Assembly: GCA_964016885.1 (NCBI GenBank)
Contig: OZ024742.1
Span: forward strand, 228,780,001 to 228,844,000
DNA: 64,000 nucleotides
Direction of reading: 5' to 3'
Source of the DNA: Eledone cirrhosa
Lineage: Eukaryota
Positions within the stretch are counted from its first letter, which is position 1. Every line of letters starts with the position of its first letter. A program made the translations under genes and the position numbers. Below, in pieces: positions 1-13,609 of this stretch. A model generated the notes under the pieces. It did not search any database. It was not told the origin of the DNA and was given only the letters and a program-made list of their open reading frames with translations.

Positions 1-274
1 AAGCATTTTTGCAACACAAAAATAACGCTGGAGCCACTTTTTTAACATAAAAACAGGTAGAATTCCCAAAACTAATCAGATCAGAGCAAACAGCATGGAC
101 ACTCTATCTCAAAATTATTTTTGAAAAGCATTTAGAAATGCGCAACCGGTAAAAACTTAAAAACTTAAAACCACAACTGAATACTAACCCATACAATCAC
201 TAATACTCTTTTATTCCTAATTAAACCATTTTTCAACTGTGAACAATTTGTCAGCATTTTCTATTCCGTCTACC

Positions 275-1037
<763 letters not shown>

Positions 1038-1061
1038 CATATATATATATATATACATATA

Positions 1062-1222
<161 letters not shown>

Positions 1223-1342
1223 GGTAGATAAGGATGCAATTCAAATCAAGCACTCGACGTCATATTACTTCTTCAAAATAAGGATGAAGAGTATATTTAT
1301 AAAGAGGAAAGTGCGAAGTTGTAGATGTTAGAGTCTTTCATG

Positions 1343-1489
1343 TGGATTGGCAGTATCGGTAGAGAGTCGGACACCTTGCTTTGCAGCAAAGAGTTGCGGC
1401 CCTTTATGGTCTGAGTTCAAATCCTGCCGAGGTCAACTTTGCCTTTCATTCTTACGGGGTCGATAAAATAAAGTACCAGTAATGTACTG
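1343..1489 (+). mobile_element. tRNA-derived SINE with Meta/MESC-type core (abundant family in this window)
   Basis: A-box-like TGGCAGTATCGG, B-box GAGTTCAAATCC, then GGTCAACTTTGCCTTTCATTCTTACGGGGTCGATAAAATAAAGTACCAG. More than 20 copies in the window. Confidence 0.88.
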
Positions 1490-1702
1490 TATATATATAT
1501 ATATATATTATTTAGGTTTGTTGGTTCACCACTGGATAGAACTGGTCATTCGGTATGGTCAACCTCGATGTAATATTATGGAGAGCACTCAACGTGATGC
1601 AACTCACCCGTCTTCGTTAGTGTAGTTGGTGATGCGAGTTCGGAGTTAATTATTATAAAATAACAGGAGGCTGGACTGGTGTAAATCCTTGAAAGGTTTA
1701 TT

Positions 1703-1760
1703 ACACTATGATCATTTCAATGACCGGGTCCAGTATGAATCCGGTGACATCGTCAGGTAT
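1703..1760 (-). ncRNA. Type I hammerhead ribozyme, left arm of a fold-back PLE terminal repeat
   Basis: Reverse complement reads atac CTGACGA [stem II accgg..ccggt] GAAA TGATCA TA gtgt, then AATAAA. Confidence 0.8.
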
Positions 1761-2529
1761 TTCAAAATATAACAAAGGAATATAACAGATAAAATCCATG
1801 GGGCTGAAAATCAGAGACAAGAGGACGACCGACTATTTAGCAGCTTTTCCCTCGGTCGGTCGCTCTCAAGTGTTGATTATTAAGTCTACTTATGACCATC
1901 TGGTGAGAGGGTGCAAGCTTATAATGTGCTACTACCTTCCCGTCAAAGAGTAAAGTCAGCGTTGAGGTCATGCCTCAACCAGGCTGATCATGCTAGAAAT
2001 TGCCGCGAAAAATGTTTTTTCCAAAGAACACACACCTTCCACAAAGACATTTCTGTGGACAGAAATTTCGGTTAACAATTAGAAACGTTAAACTTATGTT
2101 TAGAGTTATAGGGTGAAATTAGAAAAATATTTGCTAATCTTTTCTAATTTCATCCTATAACTCTAAACATAAGTTTAACGTTTCTAATTGTTAACCGAAA
2201 TTTCTGTCCACACATTATAACATACAGACGCCCACTATATATGTCTTTGTTGAAGGTGTATGTTCTTTGGAAAAAACATTTTTCGCGGCAATTTCTAGCA
2301 TGATCAGCCTGGTTGAGGCATGACCTCAACGCTGACTTTTCTCTTTGACGGAAAGGTAGTAGCACATTATAAGCTTGCACCCCCTCACCAGATGGTCATA
2401 AGTAGACTTAATAATCAACACTTGAGAGCGACCGACCGAGGGAAAAGCTGCTAAATAGTCGGTCGTCCTCTTGTCTCTGATTTTCAGCCCATGGATTTTA
2501 TCTGTTATATTCCTTTGTTATATTTTGAA

Positions 2530-2587
2530 ATACCTGATGATGTCACCGGATTCATACTGAACCCGGTCATTGAAATGATCATAGTAT
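2530..2587 (+). ncRNA. Type I hammerhead ribozyme, right arm of the same fold-back
   Basis: atac CTGATGA tgtcaccgg...ccggtcatt GAAA TGATCA TA gtat AATAAA. Stem I atac/gtat; palindromic stem III ATGATCAT. Confidence 0.82.
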
Positions 2588-2793
2588 AATAAACCTTTCA
2601 AGGATTTACCCTAGTCCAGCCTCCTGTTATTTTATTATATATAAAATATATATATATATATTGGAAAATGTATGTGATCCTTGGTATAGTTAGGGACCAA
2701 AGGAGAAAGGATATGTAGATGTATACGTGTGACTATATATATATATAAAATAAAATAAATAAGTCAAATGTTTAAAATTTGGCTTCGTTTATT

Positions 2794-2848
2794 ACTGCTA
2801 TATATATTTCGGTGACAGCCATCTTTGGTTGTGACCTCTTCAGGCAGT
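2794..2848 (-). ncRNA. Type I hammerhead ribozyme
   Basis: Reverse complement: actgc CTGAAGA ggtcacaacc-aaagat-ggctgtcacc GAAA TATATA TA gcagt AATAAA. Stem I actgc/gcagt. Confidence 0.82.
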
Positions 2849-3020
2849 CCGAATTAGTGTGGTAGAGACGAGTACACATGTTGTTGAGGTGTTTAACTTT
2901 GTCAATACTCTGATATGCCCAGTTCCTCAATGAAACAACAACCCAACCAGGAACTGGGCATATCAGAGTATTGACAAAGTTAAACACCTCAACAACATGT
3001 GTACTCGTCTCTACCAACCT

Positions 3021-3096
<76 letters not shown>

Positions 3097-3098
<2 letters not shown>

Positions 3099-3711
3099 TA
3101 CGTATAGTAGTATGTATATATAAATACATACATGCACACATATATATATATATATATGTACGTATGGATTCACCAAACATTTATTATAATGCTCGGTGTG
3201 TTTGTAAACAAACATCCCGAATTAAGCCGTACAGTGTCCAGCAACCATCGTTGCTCATTTGTTCAACACTGACAAAGGAACGCTGTACTAGTTTCAAGCT
3301 TATTAGCTATCGTCAGCAACGTATACCTTCTTGCCAGATGATTGAACGTCTGAAAATATATACTTTCCTTATGCATATTAACGGCTGAGCAGCCTAATTT
3401 GCATATCGAGTGAGTTAATCGGCCGGGGTACCGAAAACGATAAACGGAAAAAATGAAACGAAATTTCATTTCTCACTCTTAGTACGGCTGTTAATTAAAT
3501 ATAAGTATGTATACGTACATACATATATTTATACACACCGAGCATTATAATAAATGTTCGGTAAATCCATACGTACATATATATATATGTGTGCATGTAT
3601 GTATATATATATACATACTACTGTATACATATATGTATGTACGTATACATACTTATATTTAAGTAACAGCCGTACTAAGAGTGAGAAATGAAATTTCGTT
3701 TCATTTTTTCC

Positions 3712-3715
<4 letters not shown>
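3097..3715 (-). mobile_element. Non-coding ~450-bp HHR-bearing unit (retrozyme-like) with an inverted arm
   Basis: Homologous to 42768-43541. Minus arm 3097-3530, plus arm about 3533-3715, both ending in (TA)n. Confidence 0.75.
3280..3322 (-). ncRNA. Type I hammerhead ribozyme with intact core
   Basis: Reverse complement: acgttg CTGACGA t agct aata agct t GAAA CTAG TA cagcgt. 6-bp stem I; palindromic ACTAGT. Confidence 0.85.
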
Positions 3716-3786
<71 letters not shown>

Positions 3787-4080
3787 CACAATGATATTAA
3801 ATAAATGGAAACTATATTTATAAAACCATATGTATTTCAAGGGTACCATATATATTTCAAGGGTACCAAAACACTTTGGTACGCTTTCTTCAGATAAAAT
3901 ACAAAGTTTGTTTTATAAGTAGAGACCTACCCAGGAAAAGCATACCTTATCAGTTGGATATTCTCTGGATATTTAATATCATTGAATAATTACTCCAGGA
4001 ACTTGTTGAGTGCTCTAAATCAGTTATAAACATTTATATTTATATTTGTCAGATTTCCAACAAATTAAATACCCCTTCTA

Positions 4081-4123
<43 letters not shown>

Positions 4124-4218
4124 GTGTGTGTGTGTGTTAAGTAATTCCGAAGGAAAAGAAAAGGAAAAAAGAGTGTTCTATGTATAGAACAGAGCTATTT
4201 AATTAGAAAGTGAACAAC

Positions 4219-4311
<93 letters not shown>

Positions 4312-4410
4312 GGTCTCCATGTATATTCACTTCAGCATTCCAATAAAAGTATGTATACATTTTTTAGGAAACCCTGTATCTCTCTCTCTCTCTCTCACAC
4401 TCTCTCTCTC

Positions 4411-4513
<103 letters not shown>

Positions 4514-4548
4514 AGGGAATGTAACCTGGAGTAACTGTAGGTTCACCT

Positions 4549-4640
4549 GTAGGGTCTGTCGAGCTGCGGATTATAGAGTCGGGTAAGATCGATACAGATC
4601 GAACCATGAGCTGGTCAGTGGCGAAACGCGCGTCACCTAC
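4549..4640 (+). ncRNA. Hammerhead-like motif with long stem II and one core substitution
   Basis: gtagggt CTGTCGA gctgc...gtggc GAAA CGCGCG TC acctac c AATAAA. A6 of the core reads T. Confidence 0.6.
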
Positions 4641-4685
4641 CAATAAATGTATTGAAAGAGCAACCAATCGTCCTTGTTATCTTTT

Positions 4686-4779
<94 letters not shown>

Positions 4780-4781
<2 letters not shown>

Positions 4782-4927
4782 CGAAGGAAATGTGGTAAGG
4801 AACCAGATGGACCATAACGCACCAAAGTACTCAATATTTAGGTAGTAGAGTGGGTAATAGGAACCAGTAAGACCCCAGAATTAGCCGTCGAAACGGCTTG
4901 AGCTCAGCCGTCGGGTTCTTACTGGTT

Positions 4928-4930
<3 letters not shown>
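4780..4930. mobile_element. 138-bp (TA)n-inserted element, fold-back copy
   Basis: Same sequence at 6985-7113, 7560-7744, 9541-9601, 15811-16016, 16169-16256, 16338-16577, 30328-30390, 30742-30820, 37701-37895, 40279-40473 and 50290-50326. Confidence 0.85.
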
Positions 4931-4985
<55 letters not shown>

Positions 4986-5478
4986 TTTTCTTATACGCAT
5001 ATATATATGAATCTATGATTATGTAGACATGTCTTTGTGTGTATATGTATATATACACACACGCAGAGATAAATACCGACACATTTACCTCTATATTCAA
5101 CCATTCCACTACCGATACTTATTAAAGAAGCTAGTTTAACTTACTTTATTCATATCCAATATACATAATAGACTTCTTATATAAAATATTACAGAAATCA
5201 TATCTATCATAGTCACGACATATTTTATATAAGCACTCTAAATGAAAATAGCTACATGTTAAAATATCTTATTATTCTTTCCATTTGTAAGTATGATTTT
5301 GTCTAATAGTTACATAATGAAAAATTATACTAGCATAAAGGAATATATTATATATATTGTTATATATTTATATTATTTTATGTATTTATATATTTGGCTA
5401 TTAACGAATTGTTTTATCAATAGAATATCATCCTATTATATTCTACACCTAGTACATATGTATGTGAATATATGTCTA

Positions 5479-5529
<51 letters not shown>

Positions 5530-5573
5530 GTATATATATATAAATGTGTATATATATATATACACATATATAC

Positions 5574-5653
<80 letters not shown>

Positions 5654-6483
5654 GTGTTTATATGTATATATATATATGTATATATATATGTATATATATA
5701 TATGCGTGTGTGTGTGTGTGTGTGTTTATATATATATAAATGTGTATGTGAATATATGTGAGTATATATGAATGGAATTATATGATGTACACTTTTTTTG
5801 TTACGATACATTATACATATGCAAATATGAAGTATTTGGAAAGTTTAGTCCAAATAAGTATATCTATAATAACATTCACTGCTACAACACATTTAACCAC
5901 AGTTAACTCTTCAAGATTATAATTCAATATCACGCCTATAAAATATTGCATTTAAATTGGAAGTATAATTTTTTGTGAGTCTGTATATATATATATATAT
6001 GGTGGCTGCCAACTCGTTTTCGAGTACGGCCACTACTTTATATCCATGTAGGAGAACCCATACCGATGCGCTGAACGAGTGTGACTTTTTAGTCCAGCCA
6101 GCGACTTGAAAACTCTGGTACAAACACTACACTTGTGACAATTATTGACACATAGTGCTGGGCCCATGGTACCATGTGACGGCAAGAGCAGAGAGATCTC
6201 CAGATATCAAGCAATGCCTGTGCCGTGAAGCTTTTATAGTGAGCCAAGGCACTGCACAAAGCCAGTCCCACTCTCTTAACCAAGATGATATTTACCAAAA
6301 AGAAGAACAAGTCAACATCATTGGATACCACCAGGGTTGCAGGTGTTATATCAGAGTTTTCCTTCTTCTAGAATTCTGCCTTGACAAAGGCTAAGGGGTC
6401 ATCACTATATATACAGACTCATAAAAAAATCATACTTCCAATTTAAATACAATGTTACATATATATATATATTTATATATATA

Positions 6484-6522
<39 letters not shown>

Positions 6523-6592
6523 CACAGAGGTATCCACTGTAAGTTGTGGGGTCTATTCTGTATGAAGAACTCAATGTTAATCGATCTCTAGT

Positions 6593-6646
<54 letters not shown>

Positions 6647-6851
6647 ACTAGAGATTGATTAACATATAAATAAACATGAATAATCACAGGAGATAATTTT
6701 TACAAGTGTATAACCACACATAGCTAGGTAGGTAACTAAATAAAGTTGACCAGAACTTAGAGCTTATTTTGCGGGTGATATGGCGTATGTCTTTCTGGCA
6801 TGACACCCATAATTTTGATTTAGATTAAATTAATTTGATTTATCTTAATTT

Positions 6852-6983
<132 letters not shown>

Positions 6984-7514
6984 TCCAGTTCGGATCTAGC
7001 TGTCGAAACGGCCGGAGCTCAGCTGTCGGGGACCTGAATCTTTTCATATTATCCACTCTACTACTCCAAGTATCGAGTACTCTGGTGCATTATCGCCCAC
7101 CTGGTATCTTACCACACCCTCTTTGATCTTTAACTCCCACTTTCGTAGTGGAGAACTCTTCGACCCATTCCACACTTACATCCCGGCATTTATAACCAAG
7201 TTCCTGTTTCTTCATAGACTTTTATACCCACCATGCGTAAACATTCAATCGAATTATATATATATGTGTGTGTGTGTATGTGTGTGTGTGTGTGTGTGTG
7301 TGCGTTAAGTATTTCCGTGGGAAAAGTAAAGGAAAGAAGAGTGCTCTATGTATAGTACAGAGCTATTTAATTATGTAATAAACAACACAATATAATTATT
7401 CCATTACCCAAGGTTTCACGAAGTCAGACGATTCTAGCAGAGGCGCCTCAATCCGTTCATTAGGATAATGGTATAATTATATTGTGTTGTTTATTGCATA
7501 ATATATATATATAC

Positions 7515-7560
<46 letters not shown>

Positions 7561-7993
7561 GAAAATGTATAAGCCCGACGGCAGAGCTCAAGCCGTTTCG
7601 ACGGCCAGTCTAGAAATAGTCGTCGAAACGGCTTGAGCTCTGCCGTCGGGGTTATACATTTTCCTATTACCCACTCTACTACCCTAAGTATCGAGTAGTC
7701 TGGTGCGTTATGGTCCAAGTGGTTCCTTACCACACTTCGTTCGATATATATATATATAGAGAGAGAGAAAGAGAGCGTGCAGGGGAGAGAGAGAGTGGAA
7801 AAGCGCGAGAGAGAAAGAAGGAGAGAGCGAGAGGGAGAGAGAGAAAGAAAGAGAGAGCGAGAGAGGGAGAGAGAAAGAAAGAGAGAGCGAGAAAGAGAGA
7901 GAGAGAAAGAAAGAGAGAGCGAGAGCGGGAGCGAGAAAGAGAGAGAAAGAGAGAGAAGGAGAGAGAAATAGAGAGAGGAAGAGAGGGAGATAG

Positions 7994-8034
<41 letters not shown>

Positions 8035-8160
8035 TCCGGTAATATGGTGAAAGCAGCGATTCTTAGCTTAGAGCAAATAAATATTTGCTCTGCGGGTTTA
8101 TATATAGTATTTTATATACGAGCCCGCTTTGGATTTTGGTTTATAGTTATTATTACTATA
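8035..8160 (+). mobile_element. PLE terminal-repeat fragment related to the 58.8-62.3 kb element
   Basis: GAAAGCAGCGATTCTTAGCTT...AATAAATATTTGCTCTGCGG...GAGCCCGCTTTGGATTTTGG matches the reverse complement of 62040-62170. Inverted copy at 9605-9735. Confidence 0.7.
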
Positions 8161-8355
8161 TATTTGTCTCGCTCGCTTTACGCGATATTACTTGTCCCAA
8201 TAGCTTTATTTAGCTATTGCTCGCACCAACTGGAGGTATATGATTTTCAAAGCGATGAAATACCGATGATAGTTGGCAAATCACTGATGAAGGATTAATT
8301 TTTTTCCTATGTAACCCATGTGCAACCACGCAGCACTCAATTCTTCTCATATTTT

Positions 8356-8413
<58 letters not shown>

Positions 8414-8814
8414 CCGCCAAAAACTGGGGTTACCTCCTTCGCAGGGTAATACACGTGTGGTTATCACTACACTACTACATATTACTACTGCCGTAATCCC
8501 GCACGCTGGATGAGAACAACATACCTGTTGAGGAAGTGGCAGCCTTGATGGATCATTATACCAAAAACTTAATATGGAAGCAGGCAGTATGATTGATTTA
8601 GGTGTCGCAGAAACCCTTTACTGGATTATACCATCAATTCCAAGGGGTCCAGATAAATATTCATTTGTTTGACCTGCTTAGCTTGCTTCGTTTTTTTTTT
8701 GGCTTAGGTGGCTGATGGCTTCTTGACCGCCATTCTCAGTTTGTTTGGCCTTATTGCTCTGGTCATTTTTCTAGTCCATGGAGCGCTTGCCGCATAACTC
8801 GCTGAAATTATATT

Positions 8815-8876
<62 letters not shown>

Positions 8877-8970
8877 AATATAATTTCAATATATATACAA
8901 ATATAATGTCCCAAGGCTCTGATACCATCAACACTATAAACACAGAGCTGGCATATCTAAGAACTGACTA

Positions 8971-9027
8971 ACTGCCTGATGAGATCATAGCTATTCAATG
9001 GCTATCATCGAATATATATATAGCAGT
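8971..9027 (+). ncRNA. Type I hammerhead ribozyme with slightly damaged GAAA
   Basis: actgc CTGATGA gatcatagc-tattcaatg-gctatcatc GAA TATATATATA gcagt aAATAAA. Same architecture as 2794-2848 with a different but still pairing stem II. Confidence 0.72.
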
Positions 9028-9503
9028 AAATAAAGGATTATGAGTTCATGCAATTGACTTATGTTTCGTCACTATATATATATAGGATATATATAAAGGA
9101 TATATAAATCTTTTAAACTTATATATATATATAAGAGTTATTAACTCTGTCTTTTATTTGTATATATATATCTATATAAGTTTAAAAGATTTATATATCC
9201 TTTGAGAAACACATACCATTTTGTAAACATATATAGAGTAAATAGTATGTAGGAAAATATAGAAAAGTTAAGGTGGTATTAATTCTATAGTGTATATTTT
9301 CCTACATATTATTTGTTCTATATATGTGTATAACATGCTATGTGTTTCTCAAAGCATATATGTCTTTTCTTCTCTGTATATATCTTTTAAACTTGTATAA
9401 TTAATACTCTGAATTAAAGTCAATTGAGGTTTTTTTTTATTATTATTGAGAAACATGATCGTTACACATTTTATATGTATCAATACCATAATATTATATA
9501 TAT

Positions 9504-9541
<38 letters not shown>

Positions 9542-9730
9542 ACGTAGGAGTTGTGGTAAGGAACCAGATGGGCCTTAACGCACCAGAGTACTCAATACTT
9601 AATATATAGTAATAATAACTATGAAGACCAAAATCCAAAGCGGGCTCGTATATAAAAAAATATATATAAACCCGCAGAGCAAATATTTATTTGCTCTAAG
9701 CTAAGAATCGGTGCTTTCACCCTATTACGG

Positions 9731-9796
<66 letters not shown>

Positions 9797-9811
9797 CCTC
9801 TCTCTCTCTCA

Positions 9812-9995
<184 letters not shown>

Positions 9996-10090
9996 GTGGA
10001 ACACTGGAAGGTAATATCCGTAGTGGTAGAGCACTCAGTCCAAGGGAAGGGTTAGGTGGAAGTGGTTACACAACAGTTAGTTCACCATAT

Positions 10091-10128
10091 CGAGAACAAT
10101 TGTTTCACCTTCGTGGATCTTCAGCTCG
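10091..10128 (-). ncRNA. Minimal type I hammerhead ribozyme
   Basis: Reverse complement: cgag CTGAAGA t cc acgaa gg t GAAA CAATTG TT ctcg. Palindromic ACAATTGT. Lies in an insert (about 9992-10400) abutting (TA)n. Confidence 0.75.
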
Positions 10129-10686
10129 GGATGTGTATGTTTATACAACCGTACGAACGCGCATGCGCAGAAACTCGGTCACTTCACACAGGCAATACTA
10201 GACTGCGTGCGGGAGGTGTAAGGGAGATAACTGCGAAAGTCCGGAAAGTTTTTAGGTTGAAAATAAAATTTAAAAAAATTAAAAATAAAATTACAAAGAA
10301 TCAGTCCGGAGCCTTGTAGTTATGCAATAGATGTTTGGTGACGTGTGGACAACGTGAGAAAAATTCACTTCTCGTGTTTAGGCAATCACTATTGCGTAAT
10401 CTGTCTCTCTCTATATATAATAAAGATGAAATAAAGATGGTTATAAGAGTTCCATATATTTTATTATACGTATTTTGAATACAAAATCATGCTGGGACAG
10501 ATGTTGTGTTCTACAAGATCTGTCCCAGGATGATTTTGTATTCAAAATACGTATAATAAAATATATGGAACTCTTATAACCATCTTTATTTCATCTTTAT
10601 TATATATACTCCAGGTCTTCCAACTGTTGAGTGCTACTTATCTGATATATTCATAGTTTTATTATTCTACAATATTATTCACCTTC

Positions 10687-10851
<165 letters not shown>

Positions 10852-10852
10852 G

Positions 10853-10895
<43 letters not shown>

Positions 10896-11000
10896 GTATA
10901 TATATATATAATGGAAACATTTGAACAGGAACAAAACAGAGAGGCAGTACAACGAATGTTTATTAATTTCACGCTCTGGAGAGTGGGGTGGTGGTGGGGA

Positions 11001-11033
11001 ACGACGTTTCGGGCATAAGCCCTTCCTCAGGTG
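11001..11033 (-). ncRNA. Minimal hammerhead ribozyme in a PLE terminal-repeat-like insert (10911-11318)
   Basis: Reverse complement: CTGAGGA a GGGC TTAT GCCC GAAA CG TC, with downstream AATAAA. Stem I is weak. Confidence 0.6.
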
Positions 11034-11312
11034 AGAAGTGTGTGGGAACAGAGTTCAAAGGGTGTGTAGGGGAGTGGTGGAGAGACATATAGCGAAAGGA
11101 AACGGTGCGAATGAAATTAAAAATAAAAATAAAAATAAAGCATGATCAAAATACAAGGAATGAAATAAAATTAAATATAAAAGCATGATCAAAATAAACT
11201 GAAATTAAAAAGGGGTAAAACAGGTGGTGGAAGGGTGTGGGGTGTGTAGGGGTGGTGGCGGGTGGAGTGGGGAGAGGGAGACGGGGTGTCCGAGCGGGGA
11301 GGGCTGAAGGTG

Positions 11313-11394
<82 letters not shown>

Positions 11395-11589
11395 TATGCA
11401 ATAAACAACACAATATAATTATACCATTATCTTAATGAACGGATTGAGGCGCCTCTGCTAGAATCGTCTGACTTCGTGAAACCTTGGGTAATGGAATAAT
11501 TATATTTCGTGTTGTGTATTACATAATTAAATAGCTCTGTACTATACATAGAGCACTCTTCTTTCCTTTACCTTTCCCACGGAAATACT

Positions 11590-11627
<38 letters not shown>

Positions 11628-11759
11628 ACACACACATACACGCACACATATATGTGTATGTATATATATGTATATATGATATATATATAAATTAATTTCT
11701 ATCGATGGATTTGTAGTCTATAGTTCTCTCATCCCAGTGTGAATGTAGGAACAAGCGAG

Positions 11760-13270
11760 TAATTGAAATGTTTGGTCACGAGGTCACGAGTTTGAGTCCT
11801 CAGTGTCACGTTTGAGCAAATGTCTTTTACCATAGTCTCGGGTCAATCCATGCGATTCAAATTAAATAGGGCTGGGAGAAACTGAATGGAAGATGGTCAG
11901 ACGTTTTCACCAATGATTCAAAAGCATGGGAATTACATTAAAGGGACACGTGATCGTGGAATACTGCACATGTTCTTTCACAAGCCGGACGTTCGATTGA
12001 TTGAACAACTAAATACTCACGTCGAAGCCGACGGATGATCCATGATGCCTGTATAACATAAATAATTTTGCCCAGTAGTATTATGCTGCTATTTTCTACA
12101 ATCCTATTATTGAAGTAGGTGGTGAATTGGCAGATTCGTTAGAGTCGGCTAGAATGATTTATGGTATTCGTTCCGCCTCTCTGCTCTCTGAGTTCAAATC
12201 CCACCGAGGTCAACTTTGCCTTTCATCCTTTCGAGGTCGATGAAAAACGTACCAGTCTACTACTGGGGTTGATTCCTCTTCTATATCTCTTTCTCATTTC
12301 CTCTTTCTCACTGTCTATCTTCCTCTAGAAGAATTTTTGCTGTACTCATGTCTGTTGAGGGATGGGCTCTCCCAGGCTTAAAATGCTCGAGAAACGCCGT
12401 ATGTCAATACTGCACACCTACAACTCTATCAGGAGTTAGGGTACCATACAAAAAAAAAAAAAAATTGAAGGAGTCGGGAACTGTATGGAAGTCCGTCGGA
12501 AGAATTATATCTCTAATTCAAACGCGTAGTCTTGTTAAATATTGGGTCACTATGATTCAGTTTGGGAATAAGTTTAAGAGTACACGTGTCTGTTGAATAC
12601 ATAGCCACTTACGTGTTAAATGACAATGTAGATAGATGGATTGTATCTGCAATTCAAAAGCAGTCTTGTCACATATTGAGTCATGTTGATTCTAATTGTG
12701 GATTACTTTAAGGTTATACGTGGCAGTAGAATACTCAGCCACATACACATTAATTAATAAGTTAGACGCTCAATAGATAGAACAATTGAATGCTTATCGT
12801 CGAAACTGACGGAGTACACATTATGTCTGCATACATTGATAATTACGTTTATACATCTCTCTTTATACGGCTTTCAGTTGTTAATTAGCTTAGCAATTAG
12901 CTGGATTTGTTTGAACATCTGAAAGAAGAATACAAAACTGAAAGTTTAAAGACATGATATTATTAATTTGTCATATAAATTCGAAGTATGTGTTGGGCAT
13001 CGGCCTAATTCGTCGTCGAGTGACTCAGTTGTTCAATCCACAGCACAGGCTGTTCGTTAAATCAACATGCAATTGATTGAGCATTCCATAGACACATGTA
13101 CCTTTAACGCAGTTCTCAGGGAAGTTCAATGTGACAATGTGGGACAACTCATTTTTGCCAGCTGAATGGACAGGAAAAACAGGAAATATGTTTTTCTCAA
13201 GGATACAACCCACCACCGGGAATCGAATTCATGATTGAGAGTCCAAAGTTTCACCTATAAGCCACAATTT
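11760..13270. mobile_element. Cluster of old, diverged SINE copies from at least two families
   Basis: Recurring blocks such as AAGGGTACACGTGTCTGTGGAATACTCAGCCAC-like sequence, also seen near 17080-17430, 17845-18080 and 41440-41700. A Meta-core SINE lies at 12117-12270. Confidence 0.6.
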
Positions 13271-13609
13271 TTCACTGTACATAAAATATCTTCATAGCAA
13301 ATGGAGAAGTAGTTAGGTGCGTTATTATGCCACTCGATAGTGATGGACACCCTAATTACTTAGCTACACACCTCAATACATACATGCACCCCCCCCCACA
13401 CACACAAACACACATACTGTCTACAACATGATTTATATTATCATATAAGATCCTTGCAGATCTAATTGGTTATCAATATAGAATTGTGAAAATTGAATTA
13501 CTATCACATGCTGATAGTGGACTATTATGATGTTTTTGTATTTAATGTATATAGTACAAAAATAAAAACCATTAATCTGGATACCTAAATATGGAATGTT
13601 ACGCAATAC

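Noticed and set aside
1343-1430. Bona fide tRNA genes
   Set aside because: A and B boxes are present but run into the SINE core with no acceptor stem; these are SINE heads.
8278-8315. CTGATGA followed by a small hairpin (similar isolated cores near 15380, 41521, 44206 and 44775)
   Set aside because: GAAA, stem III or stem I is missing or too weak, so these were not counted as ribozymes.
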